A program made the translations under genes and the position numbers. Below the pieces are notes generated by a model. The model did not search any database. It saw nothing but the letters and a program-made list of their open reading frames with translations, and had not been told where the DNA came from. A stretch of 64,000 nucleotides of DNA from Tubiluchus corallicola (Eukaryota; Animalia; Priapulida), in NCBI GenBank assembly GCA_030141605.1, contig JAQGDQ010000230.1:62001-126000 (forward strand), written 5' to 3'. Shown piece by piece: positions 51,701 to 64,000 of the stretch. Every line of letters starts with the position of its first letter. Position 1 is the stretch's first letter.

Positions 51701-52020
51701 TACAAATATTTGTCATTCTTTGGCTGATGTTGGTTTATGATTATTATATATGAATTGGAATTTTTCAGTTATGCATTTTTGCATTTCATTTCACAAATCA
51801 AATTTCGGTTTAATAATGAAAATGCATTTATTCTTAGTTGCTTTTATCTTATAAAAATATTTTGTCAACAATTTAGGATTATGTTAACAATCAGTAATTG
51901 TTTTTGTCTACTTAGCAAACTTCGATATACACTTCCTAGTTATTTGATTACGGTTAGATCAAAAACAACAGAAAATAATCAAAGAAACTGGTTAGTACTT
52001 AACTTAATTATCATGATGTA

Positions 52021-52377
52021 ATAATCGTAAAAGAAAAAGTCAAAATGCCCATAAATCTCAAAAATCCTTTATTTTTAAGGAGCTTTGATGCATGAAGCTC
52101 ACAAAAAAGATGAAGAGACTGAATTAAAAACTAAATTAAAAAAAAGTAAAATTGCTAATTAAGAAAACAAGGTTTAATTCAGCCTCTTCATGCTTTTTGC
52201 ATCCATAATTTTACATTGTACACCTTTATTTTGCATAAATATGTAGTTTTATCTGTAATTTTTTTATTATTGTATCTTTCTGTGCAGCTAACAAAGTCTA
52301 AAAGGACGAAAGCTCCTGAACAAATAAAGAATTTTTGAGATTTATGAGCATTTTGACTTTTTCTTTTATGATTATGA
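52021..52377. mobile_element. MITE/fold-back element with ~65-bp inverted termini
   Basis: ataatcgtaaaagaaaaagtcaaaatgcccataaatctcaaaaatcctttattt...aggagcttt is mirrored at about 52309-52377. Confidence 0.75.
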
Positions 52378-55300
52378 CAATGGCAAGTCTCAGAAGAACA
52401 CCATCTTACTTTTAAGTTTATCACGATGTAAGTTAGCATATAACCAATTGCTGCGTAGCATTACAAATTTTCGCTTTTGCTTTGATTTACTAATTTACAT
52501 TCAAATAGCAAATGATCTGGGGTTTGTCAAGATTGTCAATTGTCTCCTCTCTAAACATTGGCACAATCAATTTATTTTTGCTACAACAAATAGGCCTATT
52601 GTGTAAGAAGCCATTAAAATTACTTTAGTTATTAAGTAAGTGGAAATCTAATACCTCAAGTTTTCTGTTTTCTATTGAGATTGGAATAATCAAGGAAGCT
52701 GTACTTAATGAACATGAATTAATTGGAGACATACAACAATGAAGTCATTTGCGACATCGACTCTTCCACACAGCTAATATATAATCGTCAGTCTTTTTCT
52801 TACCGTATTTTGCTATTGCCTGGTGGACTTCTCGTAAATCTAATTTTCACACGTTATTCTCAAAAATTCATTAACTGCCGTAAAAGGTGTCTATTTTGTG
52901 TTTTCTGGCTCTTACTTAACGTCACCATGTTTAATTTTACTAAAACAGTATTTGGCATTAACAAAGTTTTAGCATAAGCTACGTGTATTTCATATTTACA
53001 TAATTTCTAAAGGCGGTAATTCATATATCAGTTCTAGCTTGTCACAGGATGGATGAAGACAAGGACCTAAGTTTTCATGACGTCATAAATTAGGCCGTCG
53101 AAGAAACCTTGTTTACGAGTCATTCAAACAGTCACACCATACAAAATAATAGGTATTACTAATGCACACGTCTTAAACAATGTAATTACTGTTGGTAAGG
53201 TGTTAATGTGTTTATTGAACGAGTTATTCGTCGTAATTAACATAATTATTTATGACAACACTTAAATTATTTGTCAAACTAATGAAATTATCAATGGCAA
53301 AAGTAATTGAATCTGTTTTATCAGTTGATCAATTTGAGATAAAACGCCAACGATGACACCATTTAGAAAGGAAATTACGGCAATTTTGAACCAGCCTCAT
53401 AGTTTCGGTGTCATTACTACCAATAGAACAAATTGCAGCATCATTTGGTACCTCAATCCTGATGATTTCACGAAAAAAATCTACAACGTAAAGGAGAAAT
53501 TGCGGAACCTTGTGGCAGCTGACATTACAATTGTGTGGTTGTGAGGTAAAGTTACAAAACCTTCCGACTATCCAGAAAATTACTCTACAGAATTAGGATG
53601 CAGTCAATCAATGGTTATCGTATTAGTTTATTTAGATTCTCAACCATGCACTGGGGAATTTGCAACTGTATTTTGCTGGCTGCGCGGATCGGGTTAAATG
53701 TGACTGATGATGGAGAATGTGCAAAGAACGCCTTATAATATATCATCGGCCAGTTTACTTACATAAGCACTGGCATTTTGACAATTGAGCTAAGGATGTG
53801 AGGGCGAAGTTTCCATTTCTGAAAACACCAAAATTTTCACATTCAAGGTATTTTTATTGATCTTGATGACATTCTGAACAAGCTTAGCTTAAAATAATAT
53901 TGCCATAGCCCGAGTCGCATATGCCTTTTGAACGCCCGTTAAATGGAACTTTCACTTTTTCGTAGTCAATTCAAGCCAACTGGCACTTTAGGCAAAGGAT
54001 CAGAAGATCTAATAGTCTATTTAGATCTATAGTTTAAAGGGCTGAATTAAGTTCTTAAGCTGCTCCAGGTCTAAACTGAAATACACGTAGAAGATCTTAT
54101 AGATAGACCTGCATACGATGTTTTAGCTAATACATCGTTCATAAATGAGAAAGATAGCCGGAAAGTTTTCCTGACGCTCGCCAATCCATTTATTAAGCAG
54201 ACTCGAGGCTACACAATTTTGCAGGCAAGTAAACAATGTAACCACTATAATTCACGAAACTAGTTTTCTTGCGACGTTATTGAAGTAACTTTGCATTGGT
54301 AACTACAGTAAACATTTATTGCATAGGTAACTACAGTAAACAGTAAACACAAGTGATTGTTTTCTCTGGTTTGAGTTTTTTGTGTGATGTAAATTTTTGT
54401 AGCGAGCACGCCGAGCACAGCAGGATGAGTTTGTATGAGACAAAATTAAGCACTTCATAAAAAATCTGTGTGTAAAAACATGGAAAAACGGCGCTCACAC
54501 GAGCAAAAATCCGTAACACACAAGTTGTTGCACACAGATTTTGCTTTGCGTGCGACGGAGCTGACTTAAAAAACAAATAATGACAGCATTTTTGGTTATT
54601 ATTATTTAGTTACTATTTGGTTTTATACTTTAGGCTATATGTGTTGCGCTTAGTATTTAAAATGGCAAGAACAGGACAGATACAACAAAAATCGTGTACG
54701 TTTTCTTATATGATGCCTTTTGCACCTGATTTGTTTTGTTAGCTTCGCCAATGCTCACCGTTGCTTGCGCGATAATAATGGCGCATTCAGACTAACGAGT
54801 TTTCTCTCGCGAGTTTTCTCTCCGAAGGGCGCCAAGTTAAAGGGACGAATAATAGGCAATAATATAATTAAGTTTTTACAGTAAAGCAAATGAAAGGCCT
54901 TAAAATAAGGAAAAGAACAAAATGAAATTTCTCACTCTAAATAGTAAGGATTTCATTGCCTGTTGTGCTTCTAAAATGGATGAGTGATTTTAATAAACGA
55001 GGAAAATCTTAGTGAGCTTTGTAGCTCGACTAGTAAGAGTCTCCTATGGGTGGATGTGCAAATTAAAGAAGCCATGTCAATCAAGCTGGGATCCCGCTTG
55101 GTTGAACACAAACAGCTCCTGAGCAAACTTTTTTGAGTAAGGACTAATAGAAGTTGAAGCTAAGAACGTGACCATGGTGAGACGCTGTAAGGACAGAAGG
55201 AAGCTGTTTCACGCACTAAAGCCTTTTCTGGTTATTAAACGACCTTAACCTAGAGAGCAGTACCAAATTCAAGTTTCTAGCAGTTCATATATGAATAAAA

Positions 55301-55415
55301 GACCCATGGGAGTCCATCGAATCGTTATCTGTTGACAGTTGTTATCTGCAGAAATGCCGCAGACGACGCAGGTTGATTCATTTAAATAACTATGAGCAAG
55401 TAAAAACGATGCCTG

Positions 55416-55853
<438 letters not shown>

Positions 55854-58800
55854 TATATAATGCTGTATCTATATATATCAAACTTGTTTTTCCTCGCGGA
55901 CTTGATGCATTTTTAGCCAATGACACCAAGATGTATTCAGTTATTCGCGCTGTACATAATTTGTGTCCTGTACATTTTATCGCCTATTATTAGTCCTCTG
56001 GGCAGATTCTTAGTTTCACTTTCAGAAAAGTCAATAATTGAGTTCCAACATTAATATTTACGGTACAACGTGGAGTTATTAAAGATTATTCTTAATGAAG
56101 CAAAGTAGATTTTTGCAACCAATTTAGTCCATGATTTTACCTGTTCTTTCTCAAACATTGAATGTTCCATGACGTAAATCTGGATTCGAAAAGTGGAAAA
56201 CGATATTTTACGGTCAAATTAAGGAAGTATACACTTTTATTATATTAACTATCAACACCTTAAAAATTCTTCTTATCCCACTTTAAATTTACATCACTTA
56301 AAATTTACTTTCATATTAAATAATCTTTCTAAGATGTGCTGTACGATATACTCATAAAGAAACGACGCGTTTGTCTTATTTGATGCTTTGAAAATTTAGA
56401 AAATTCCGTATTAAAAATTCAACAGTTTCTTCAGCTAAATATCAATTCAAGAGTAATAACCTTGTTTGTCCCTGTCTCCCTATTCTCCAAAACTACTTTT
56501 CGCGGTTAAGACATTACACTGGTATTCAAGTACAACAATAAATTGTCCTCTGTTTTACCGAATAATGACCCTCCTGAATTTAAAAATAATGGTATGTCTA
56601 TACAAAGTCTTCTATCATTAATGTGAAAACTCTACTTTTTTTAACCGTCATGACTCTCAAAAACTGGGTGATTTTTGCGGGAACCTAAAAAGTTGAGCAT
56701 TATAAATCGGCTATTACTGTCTCAATGATGATTGAGACATTAGTCACAATCAGCACAAAGGAACATGTGTGCGTTTTCAGCTTAAGGAACACATACATGA
56801 CATGAAAAATTCAAAAACGTGTAAGTGGTGTTGCTTATTTTGGGAAAATCATTTTTTCCTGAAACTATGCCGCTAAGCAACACATTGTTTCGGGTTTAAT
56901 TAAATATTTTGTAGATCTGTTAATGTAAATGATGAATCGTTTCTTCACAATATTTTACTTTCTCATCTTAATTAGAACAGAAATAATAATTTTAATTCCT
57001 ATGTTTCTACATTTAACTCTATTGTATTACACATATTTAAATCGCAAAAATGTTTTCTTTTTTTAATTCCAGCTAGAAACAGTACAATGTCGCGTATTAA
57101 ATAAAAAATTTTGCTTTTCAATTTCTTTATTATGGGATTTTCCATTAATTGCTCCAGTTCTTGTCATTAACATTTTTCGTATGTAATGCAGGACTAGGCA
57201 TTATTATTTACCGGGCTTATACGACATGCCATCAGTTTTATGCTGTTTTCCTAGTTCTCGTTAATATTTTAAAGGAAACCCCTAAGCATTGCGTTAACTA
57301 GTAAAACTTACGGAAAAATGAGAAAATGTTTAGCTTCAAACCCTTGAGCTTTGTACATATTGTTTAAAGCACGTTAGACGGCACTGCAAATGTCCGACTA
57401 GAATTTTTTATATGGAAGCCTAGATATAGGTAAGGCGGATATAAAGAAGGGTGACCTTATAACAAAGCCGATAACACCCATTTAAGTTCCTATGCGCATC
57501 AGCCAGGAATTGCTATCCATGAGGGAAAAAGGCGAATAGCAAGAAACCAAAAATGAAGAAAGTCTGTGCAACAGACAACACACTACATCACCGCAGCAGA
57601 CAAAAACAAAAGAACATACACACGAAACACAATAGTACATTTTAATGCATATCCTCATTGTAGTACAAGTTTATTTTCACGTAACTAATCAGTTATTTTA
57701 GTTAATAAACACGCAAAGCCACAGGATAATAATCTATTATTACTTTGACTTTCTAGCTGATGTCGTTAGATCTCGCTGACTTATTCAAATTCCAAGCCCA
57801 AAAGCTCAACAATTCAAAAATTCCATATAGGAAAATTCCCATTGATACAAATTTAATTTAGAAACGGTAGTGTTTCCAAGTATCAGCATTATGGTATTTA
57901 GCCAAATTCAATTTAATCGCAAATTTTTGGATTCATTTGAGCATTTTGGCGCTTTTTATGCATTATAGACTTACTATACCTAGCGAAAGTAGTGCCATAT
58001 AAAACAAATAAAACTAGTATTCATTCCCCAGATTTTTTATACGGTTTGGCGCTCAGCAATTAGAAATCCTGAACTCATCGGCAGTGTCTTCTTAACGGAA
58101 AATGTTTTAGCGCAATAAGAACAGCGTTAGCAAGGACAGTCCTGTGAGATACTGAACCGACTTCGGAAATATACATACCTGTTCCACCAATAATTTGTAG
58201 AAAATTATCGATTATCAATTATTGACATTGACAGGTTGTAGCATTTTGATCAAGAAAATTTTGATCAAGAAATATTTATCAAGAAAATTTGAATACTACG
58301 CATCAAAGCAGCACACAAGTAGCGTCTCATATTTGTAACTTTTGATGTGTGATAGGAATGCGCTAATAATGATAGTCATTATTTTGCAAACAGAATAGCG
58401 TCTTAAGAATAAGAAGTGGAAAAGTTATTCACAGAAACGAGCAATGGGACTGATAACGACGTATTCTATTCATCAGTTCTACAATTCTGGTTCAGGCTGT
58501 AACAAGCTCTTTAGTTACAGAAGGCGGTCTCAGATAGGTACAACGTCTCAGGCAAGCCTTTAGCAAGATCTTTGACATGACATGACATGACTTGTTTGAT
58601 TATATATTTTTAACAAACAACAGGGTAATCACTGCCTAACGCAAATCATAGTCATTTCAGAATTGTTCGACTAAGATGACAGCAATCAGCAAATCGGTAA
58701 TTAGTCTAGTCAACTTATTCGTGATGAAGCCAGATGAAAACAAACTGTCGTCATAGCAACCGGTGCACCTGAGATGATAGTGTCATGCCATTTATTGTTG

Positions 58801-61800
58801 TTTACAGCGTTGCGGCTTTGATTAATTATCGCAGCAGTTTGTCAGCAAATTTCATAAATTCACAAAGCTATTCCGAGTTTCATGCCAATAACAGTTTAAT
58901 GCCTTTATCACTGGCTAAAAAGATGGGTGGCACTAACAGCAACTTAACAGAAAAGCTTTTTAAGTGAGTTCAAACAAACGTACAAAGAAACGAGCGATCG
59001 GACAAAAAATGCATTTGCAAGCCATTAAATGAACGGAAAATTAAATAGACCAATCGCAGAAACAAACAAGAGACAAATAAATAAGCAGAATAGAAAACAC
59101 GAAACTAAATAAGTAAAGAAACAAGCTGACTGACAACAAGCAAGTGAATAAAAATATTATATTTTTAATACGTCACTGGCGAGTCGAACGTTGGTCAGCA
59201 ATTCAATTAGTAAACTTAGTTATTAGCTAGCCAGTCAACTAGCCGACAAACCGAAGAAGAAAACAAGCAAGCAACCAATCAACCAATAAACCAATAAACC
59301 AAACAACAACAACAAAAACAAAAACCAACAAACAGGACAGAATCTGCCATTTGGGAATCTCATTTTTGGAAGAAATTTATTTGGATATCTTTTTTCAGCG
59401 ATGCTTGAAAAAACCAAATCAAAGTGTATCGTCATGTGTTGTGAAACTTTAGGCTTTCTGCTAAAGGTGGCACCAACTGGCGCACCAATTAATGCCGAAA
59501 TGTCCAAGTTCAGCTTTTTCCAATTGTTGAATGCTGTCAGTGATCGTTGGTGCAAGGCTGATAACGATTACATGATGTTCATGTGATTTGTACATTCACA
59601 TATTTACAAATTTAAAACTGTCATAATAGGGCGCTACTTTCTGACCATTTCAGTCTCAGCAAAATAAGAAACATGCGGAACTTCTTTTTCATTTAAAGAT
59701 ATAAAGATACGTTTATTGCAGACCGTTGACATGAATCATTGACGAATCTCTAAGGGTTAGGCTTCTAGTAAACGAGAACTTATTCTACTGATGACATTGC
59801 GTGCGCGTGATAGTCCCAAAGGTGTACAGGATAATGCAACTTAATCGCCACTTTTATTACTATCTGTAATAATATCATCAGTGATAATAAGGATTACGTA
59901 TATTGAATGCATGTACAGAAGCGTTTATTGGTCCTGAGACTCTAGCATTATTATTAATGGGCGATAATTATAAATTGTCTCTATACTTGCATGTATATAA
60001 ACTGTTAATGATGAACAGTCAAGCAAAGTGAAACATTACACGCACATGACAGTCTCGTATATCAGTAATGATTAATAATAACACGCCTGAATTGGGTAGC
60101 AATTAATCAGCCTAACTTTTATATATAGCACTTATTAATGCTATAAGACTTACAGAACATAAATAGCAACTTTTGTACCAAATGCAGCGTTCTGTTACAT
60201 ACTGCATTGTATTCAAAACATATATAACCACCGGAAATCTTGAACCGGACATGCGCGTACATCCTAGAGGGACCGGTGTGGTGTTTGAGGGTGCTGGCGT
60301 GTCACCCTTATGACATTTACAGAGGGGACATCATGTATTTTGCCCCCCCCCCCAATTTTTTAGTTACTAAACCCTAGGTCATTACATCATTCAATCTAAT
60401 TTTCTCATGTAATCTAAGGAAAATACGTAGAGATCACGAAGTCGTGGCTTCAGAGACTTTTAACACGCAAGCATTCGTTTAGTATCGCATAGTTGTAAGT
60501 TTCAGCGTTCAGTTGGTTTTCGCTCGCAGTCTATAATCCAGCTACATCAGATGCAAAAATACATCTCTTCAATTTATGGAAAATTGCAAATCCAAACAAA
60601 TAAAAGCCACAATATTCATAGACTATTCGCATTGACTATCCGATTTCTATTATCCTTATACTTTTAACAAGCTAGGATTTTGAAATGCCTCTATTATAAT
60701 CAATAATAGAATAAATTATTTAAACATTTCTGGTTAAGTTATCACTATGCCGGCCAAATATGAACAATGGAATGATTAATTCTACTAAAACTGCCTTTCC
60801 TGCGGGACCTACAAACCTCACTCTGTCAGTGCCGTCGCGCTCATCCCCCTCTCCAGGCTCTCTCCGCTTTTCAAAAGTGATTTGCACGCGTGGAACCAGA
60901 AATCTTTGATTCAAATATAACATTTTAAACAACGTAGAAATCGTTCTATAGAATAGGGACTATACTTCAGTGTAATTTATTTTTTATTTATTTATTTATT
61001 TATATCATTGTGGCAACTTAGAGTGAAGTGATTTCAGTTTTCTTTGTTGCACTTAATTACGAATTATTAAGTACTAATAATAATAATTATTAAGTACCAA
61101 AATACATGATATTTTACATAATGGATTATATTCCATTGGCAGTCTAGTTGCCATTAACAGCGATCCCGTCAACGTAAGCATCAGTAGTAGTAGTAAGCCC
61201 ATGTGGAAACACAGCAAGCATTTGTGCTAATGATTACGCTACAATGGTTTGGATTAGTATCATATATTTTTGTTGCTGCTGTTGCTATGGGTTTCGTCGT
61301 TGTTCCTGCTATCGGTACTGGTGTGTTGGTGAAAATTACATTTTTTAAATAGACCTACAAATAAAATACAATGTGCAGAAACATTTATGATGTTTCCCAA
61401 AGTTGTTTTCTGACTACTTGTACAAACTAAAATAATCAATACAAAGCATCCACGCATGTTTTATAAGCGTGTTTTCTACAATTTTCCGTTTTACTGTTAA
61501 TGCAACTTTCCTTATCCAGTGTTAGTTGCATTACATCAAGCATTCAGGGACTTTTATGTACCAGTATAAATGCAAAATGCAGGGTAACTTTCTGTTGCTT
61601 AATTCCAAAACTCTTTGTGTGTAGCTTAATCGCTTGCTGTAATTTTGTTTTACGATATTTTAAGGACATTGTTCTTACTAACATGTTTCGCGTTCCTGCA
61701 TCAAACCGAGCTGTATAAGCAATTCATTGTAATACTTCTGCGTCGAGCACATATTCCACATTCCAGTGCTATTATGCTGCTCTATACACTGCATACTTCA

Positions 61801-62390
61801 CATTATCCGTTCCTAGAGAAAAAACAACTCTCTAAAAATAAAGAATAAACGGTTAGCTGGATTTTTTGTTCGATGAAACAGTTTTTGGGAATTTCCCAAC
61901 CTTTGAAAAACATCTGTAAACTTTATCCAGTTCTATGTAGTTTGCATATTATGATCAATCTATCTAGTAACTGAAAATATGAGCTTAACTGTCAATGATT
62001 TCACTATGTATGTTATAATTAACATATCTTTTTATACCACTAATAAACTGGTTGTTAAAATGCAGGTGACGTTTCGTATTATTTTAACAATAAGTTTTTA
62101 TACCGTGAAGTAATGAAATTCAAGTATTTTTGGAAAACTTAAATAACTTTGCGGATTTACAATCACTCAGATTCGTTCACGAATTATGAAGCAATGCAAA
62201 CAAAAACTCACCAAAACAAATTCTTCGTCTATGTCTTTTCTAACTGAAATTTTGGAAGTCTCAAAAAATAAATAAATAATTTTTTCGTTCCTCACGTAAG
62301 AACGAGTTTTGGTAATTCATCCTATTATGTGTAAACGATTTTTATTTTAGAACTGTAAGTTATGGCATGTTTTGTTTTCTCGTTTTTTAG

Positions 62391-62524
62391 ACGGGTGCTT
62401 CATTCTTGCCAACGCGCAGATTGTTGATTATCCCATTGTCTACTGCAATGAAGGCTTCAGTAAGTTGTCTGGATACTCCAGGGCAGAGGTCATGCAGAAG
62501 AGCTGCACCTGTACTTTCATGCAG
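62391..62524 (+). CDS. eag: eag potassium channel, coding exon 2 (PAS domain)
   Basis: gttttttag| [44 protein letters not shown] |gtaagc; NAQIVD.PIVY is typical of the Eag subfamily. Confidence 0.95.
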
Positions 62525-62948
62525 GTAAGCCGGTTGTTGTGGGCGAATATTGAAACTTGTATTGTACGCTTGTTAAGTTGTTTTGCGTAATACTGTTAGT
62601 CGGTATGAATAGCCTATTTGTTCTTCCGTTGTACACCCGACTTTAAATAAAGATTATGTCTATGTATAGGTATGTTAGTTAGTAAACAGATGCTTTTTGT
62701 CACTGCATTTGTAGTTTTTCCATCTACTACGGTTCTCGTTTTATTACGTTAAGATAAACAAATAGAAAAGGTTCTCCATCACCATTGTATTCATTTTGCA
62801 CATCTTAGGTGCTACAGGGTTGTGATGTTTATTATAATGTACCTGGCATTGCAAATAAATAATACAAATCATATGAAAGTGGTTAATATAACCATAGTCT
62901 GCATTCGCTAAACGGTTAAACTAAAATTCGTTTTTATTTTTAAATTAG

Positions 62949-63045
62949 GGAGATCTTACGGACAAGGAAACAATTAAGAAGATAACACACAGCTTGGATA
63001 ATCATCAGCAGGAACAGTTCGAGACTCTCCTTTACAAAAAGAACA
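62949..63045 (+). CDS. eag: eag potassium channel, coding exon 3 (PAS/PAC); gene continues beyond the window
   Basis: taaattag| GDLTDKETIKKITHSLDNHQQEQFETLLYKKN |gtatgt. Confidence 0.93.
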
Positions 63046-63389
63046 GTATGTGTTATTTATTGACATACGTTCAAATTTATATATGTGTATCAATTTCAGT
63101 ATTAAACTCTAAGGAAAACAACTTTCTTCAGTGACGCCTCTGAATATCTAATTGCCGGTCCTTTTTGCATTTTTTGTAATAAAAGAACTATGTATGCTTA
63201 AGTATTATATTTGTTATAAGCAAAAATCGCACGTTGTTTAGTGGACATTGCAAGAGTAGTAATTCTGCATTAAATTTCTGTAAACCTGTATCCGAATATG
63301 GATAAAAGATGCAACTGTATAGTGTAGTGAATCATAGTACGGTACACTGTAGTTTAATGCAGCAGAAATCACTGTTGGGAAACAGAGAA

Positions 63390-63930
63390 GTGTAGTTTAG
63401 TGTAGTGTAGTGTAGTGTGGTGTGGTGTGGTGTGGTGTGGTGTGGTGTGGTGTCGTGTCGTGTCGTGTCGTGTCGTGTCGTGTAGTGTAATGTAGTGTAG
63501 TGTAGTGTAGTGTAGTGTAGTGTAGTGTAGTGTAGTGTAGTGTAGTGTAGTGTAGTGTAGTGTAGTGTAGTGTAGTGTGGCGAGGCATTGTGTCGTGTGG
63601 TGTAGTGTGTTGCAGTGCAGTGTAATGTAGTGTGGTGTGGTGTGGTGTGGTGTGGTGTGGTGTGGTGTAGTGTAGTGTAGTGTAGTGTAGTGTAGTGTAG
63701 TGTAGTGTAGTGTAGTGTAGTGTAGTGTAGTGTAGTGTAGTGTAGTGTAGTGCAGTGTAGCGTAATACAGTGCAAAGCAATGCAGTGCAGTGTAGTGTGG
63801 TGTAGTGTAGTGTAGTGTAGTGTAGTGTAGTGTAGTGTAGTGTAGTGTAGTGTAGTGTAGTGTAGTGTAGTGTAGTGTAGTGTAGTGTAATGTGGCGTAG
63901 CAGAGCGTAGCGTAGTGCAGTGTAGTGTAG
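63390..63930. repeat. Compound pentanucleotide microsatellite (TGTAG)n/(TGTGG)n/(TGTCG)n
   Basis: Directly visible; it explains the spurious HYTTL-repeat ORFs. A (GT)n tract follows at about 63971-63990. Confidence 0.97.
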
Positions 63931-64000
63931 AAACAAAGGTAGCGGTCATGTGTGTGCATGTCTATGAGAGGTGTGTGTGTGTGTGTGTGCGTGCATGCGT

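Noticed and set aside
63332-63959. Three long minus-strand ORFs of 179-205 aa (HYTTL repeats)
   Set aside because: They are translations of a pentanucleotide microsatellite that lacks stops on that strand.

Overview
AT-rich, intron-rich eukaryotic genomic DNA, most consistent with an invertebrate animal; it is not prokaryotic. Most entries in the ORF track are spurious, and the real genes appear only once exons are spliced. (1) The last two exons of an unidentified + strand gene end at 2475. (2) RFC5 lies on the - strand, converging on that gene, with only two coding exons: complement(join(3169..3998,5411..5573)), 330 aa. (3) A complete GNPAT/DHAPAT lies on the + strand, head-to-head with RFC5, with 13 coding exons from 9132 to 24036. 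All splice phases are consistent, the protein is about 685 aa, and it ends in the PTS1 signal AKL. (4) About 22 kb of TE-rich intergenic DNA follows. (5) The first three coding exons of an ether-a-go-go (eag/KCNH1-like) K+ channel are at 46236..46314, 62391..62524 and 62949..63045; intron 1 is 16 kb and the gene continues past the window. Repeats include TA-flanked and 8-bp-TSD MITEs, decayed LINEs (one nested in another), decayed CXC-tailed transposase remnants, microsatellites and a ~440-bp fold-back palindrome. I found no convincing new multi-gene system. The best leads are the intron history of RFC5, the very compact RFC5/GNPAT divergent promoter, a possibly missing 3-nt microexon in eag, the intronic fold-back, and a CpG-content boundary. 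All coordinates and alignments were read by eye.
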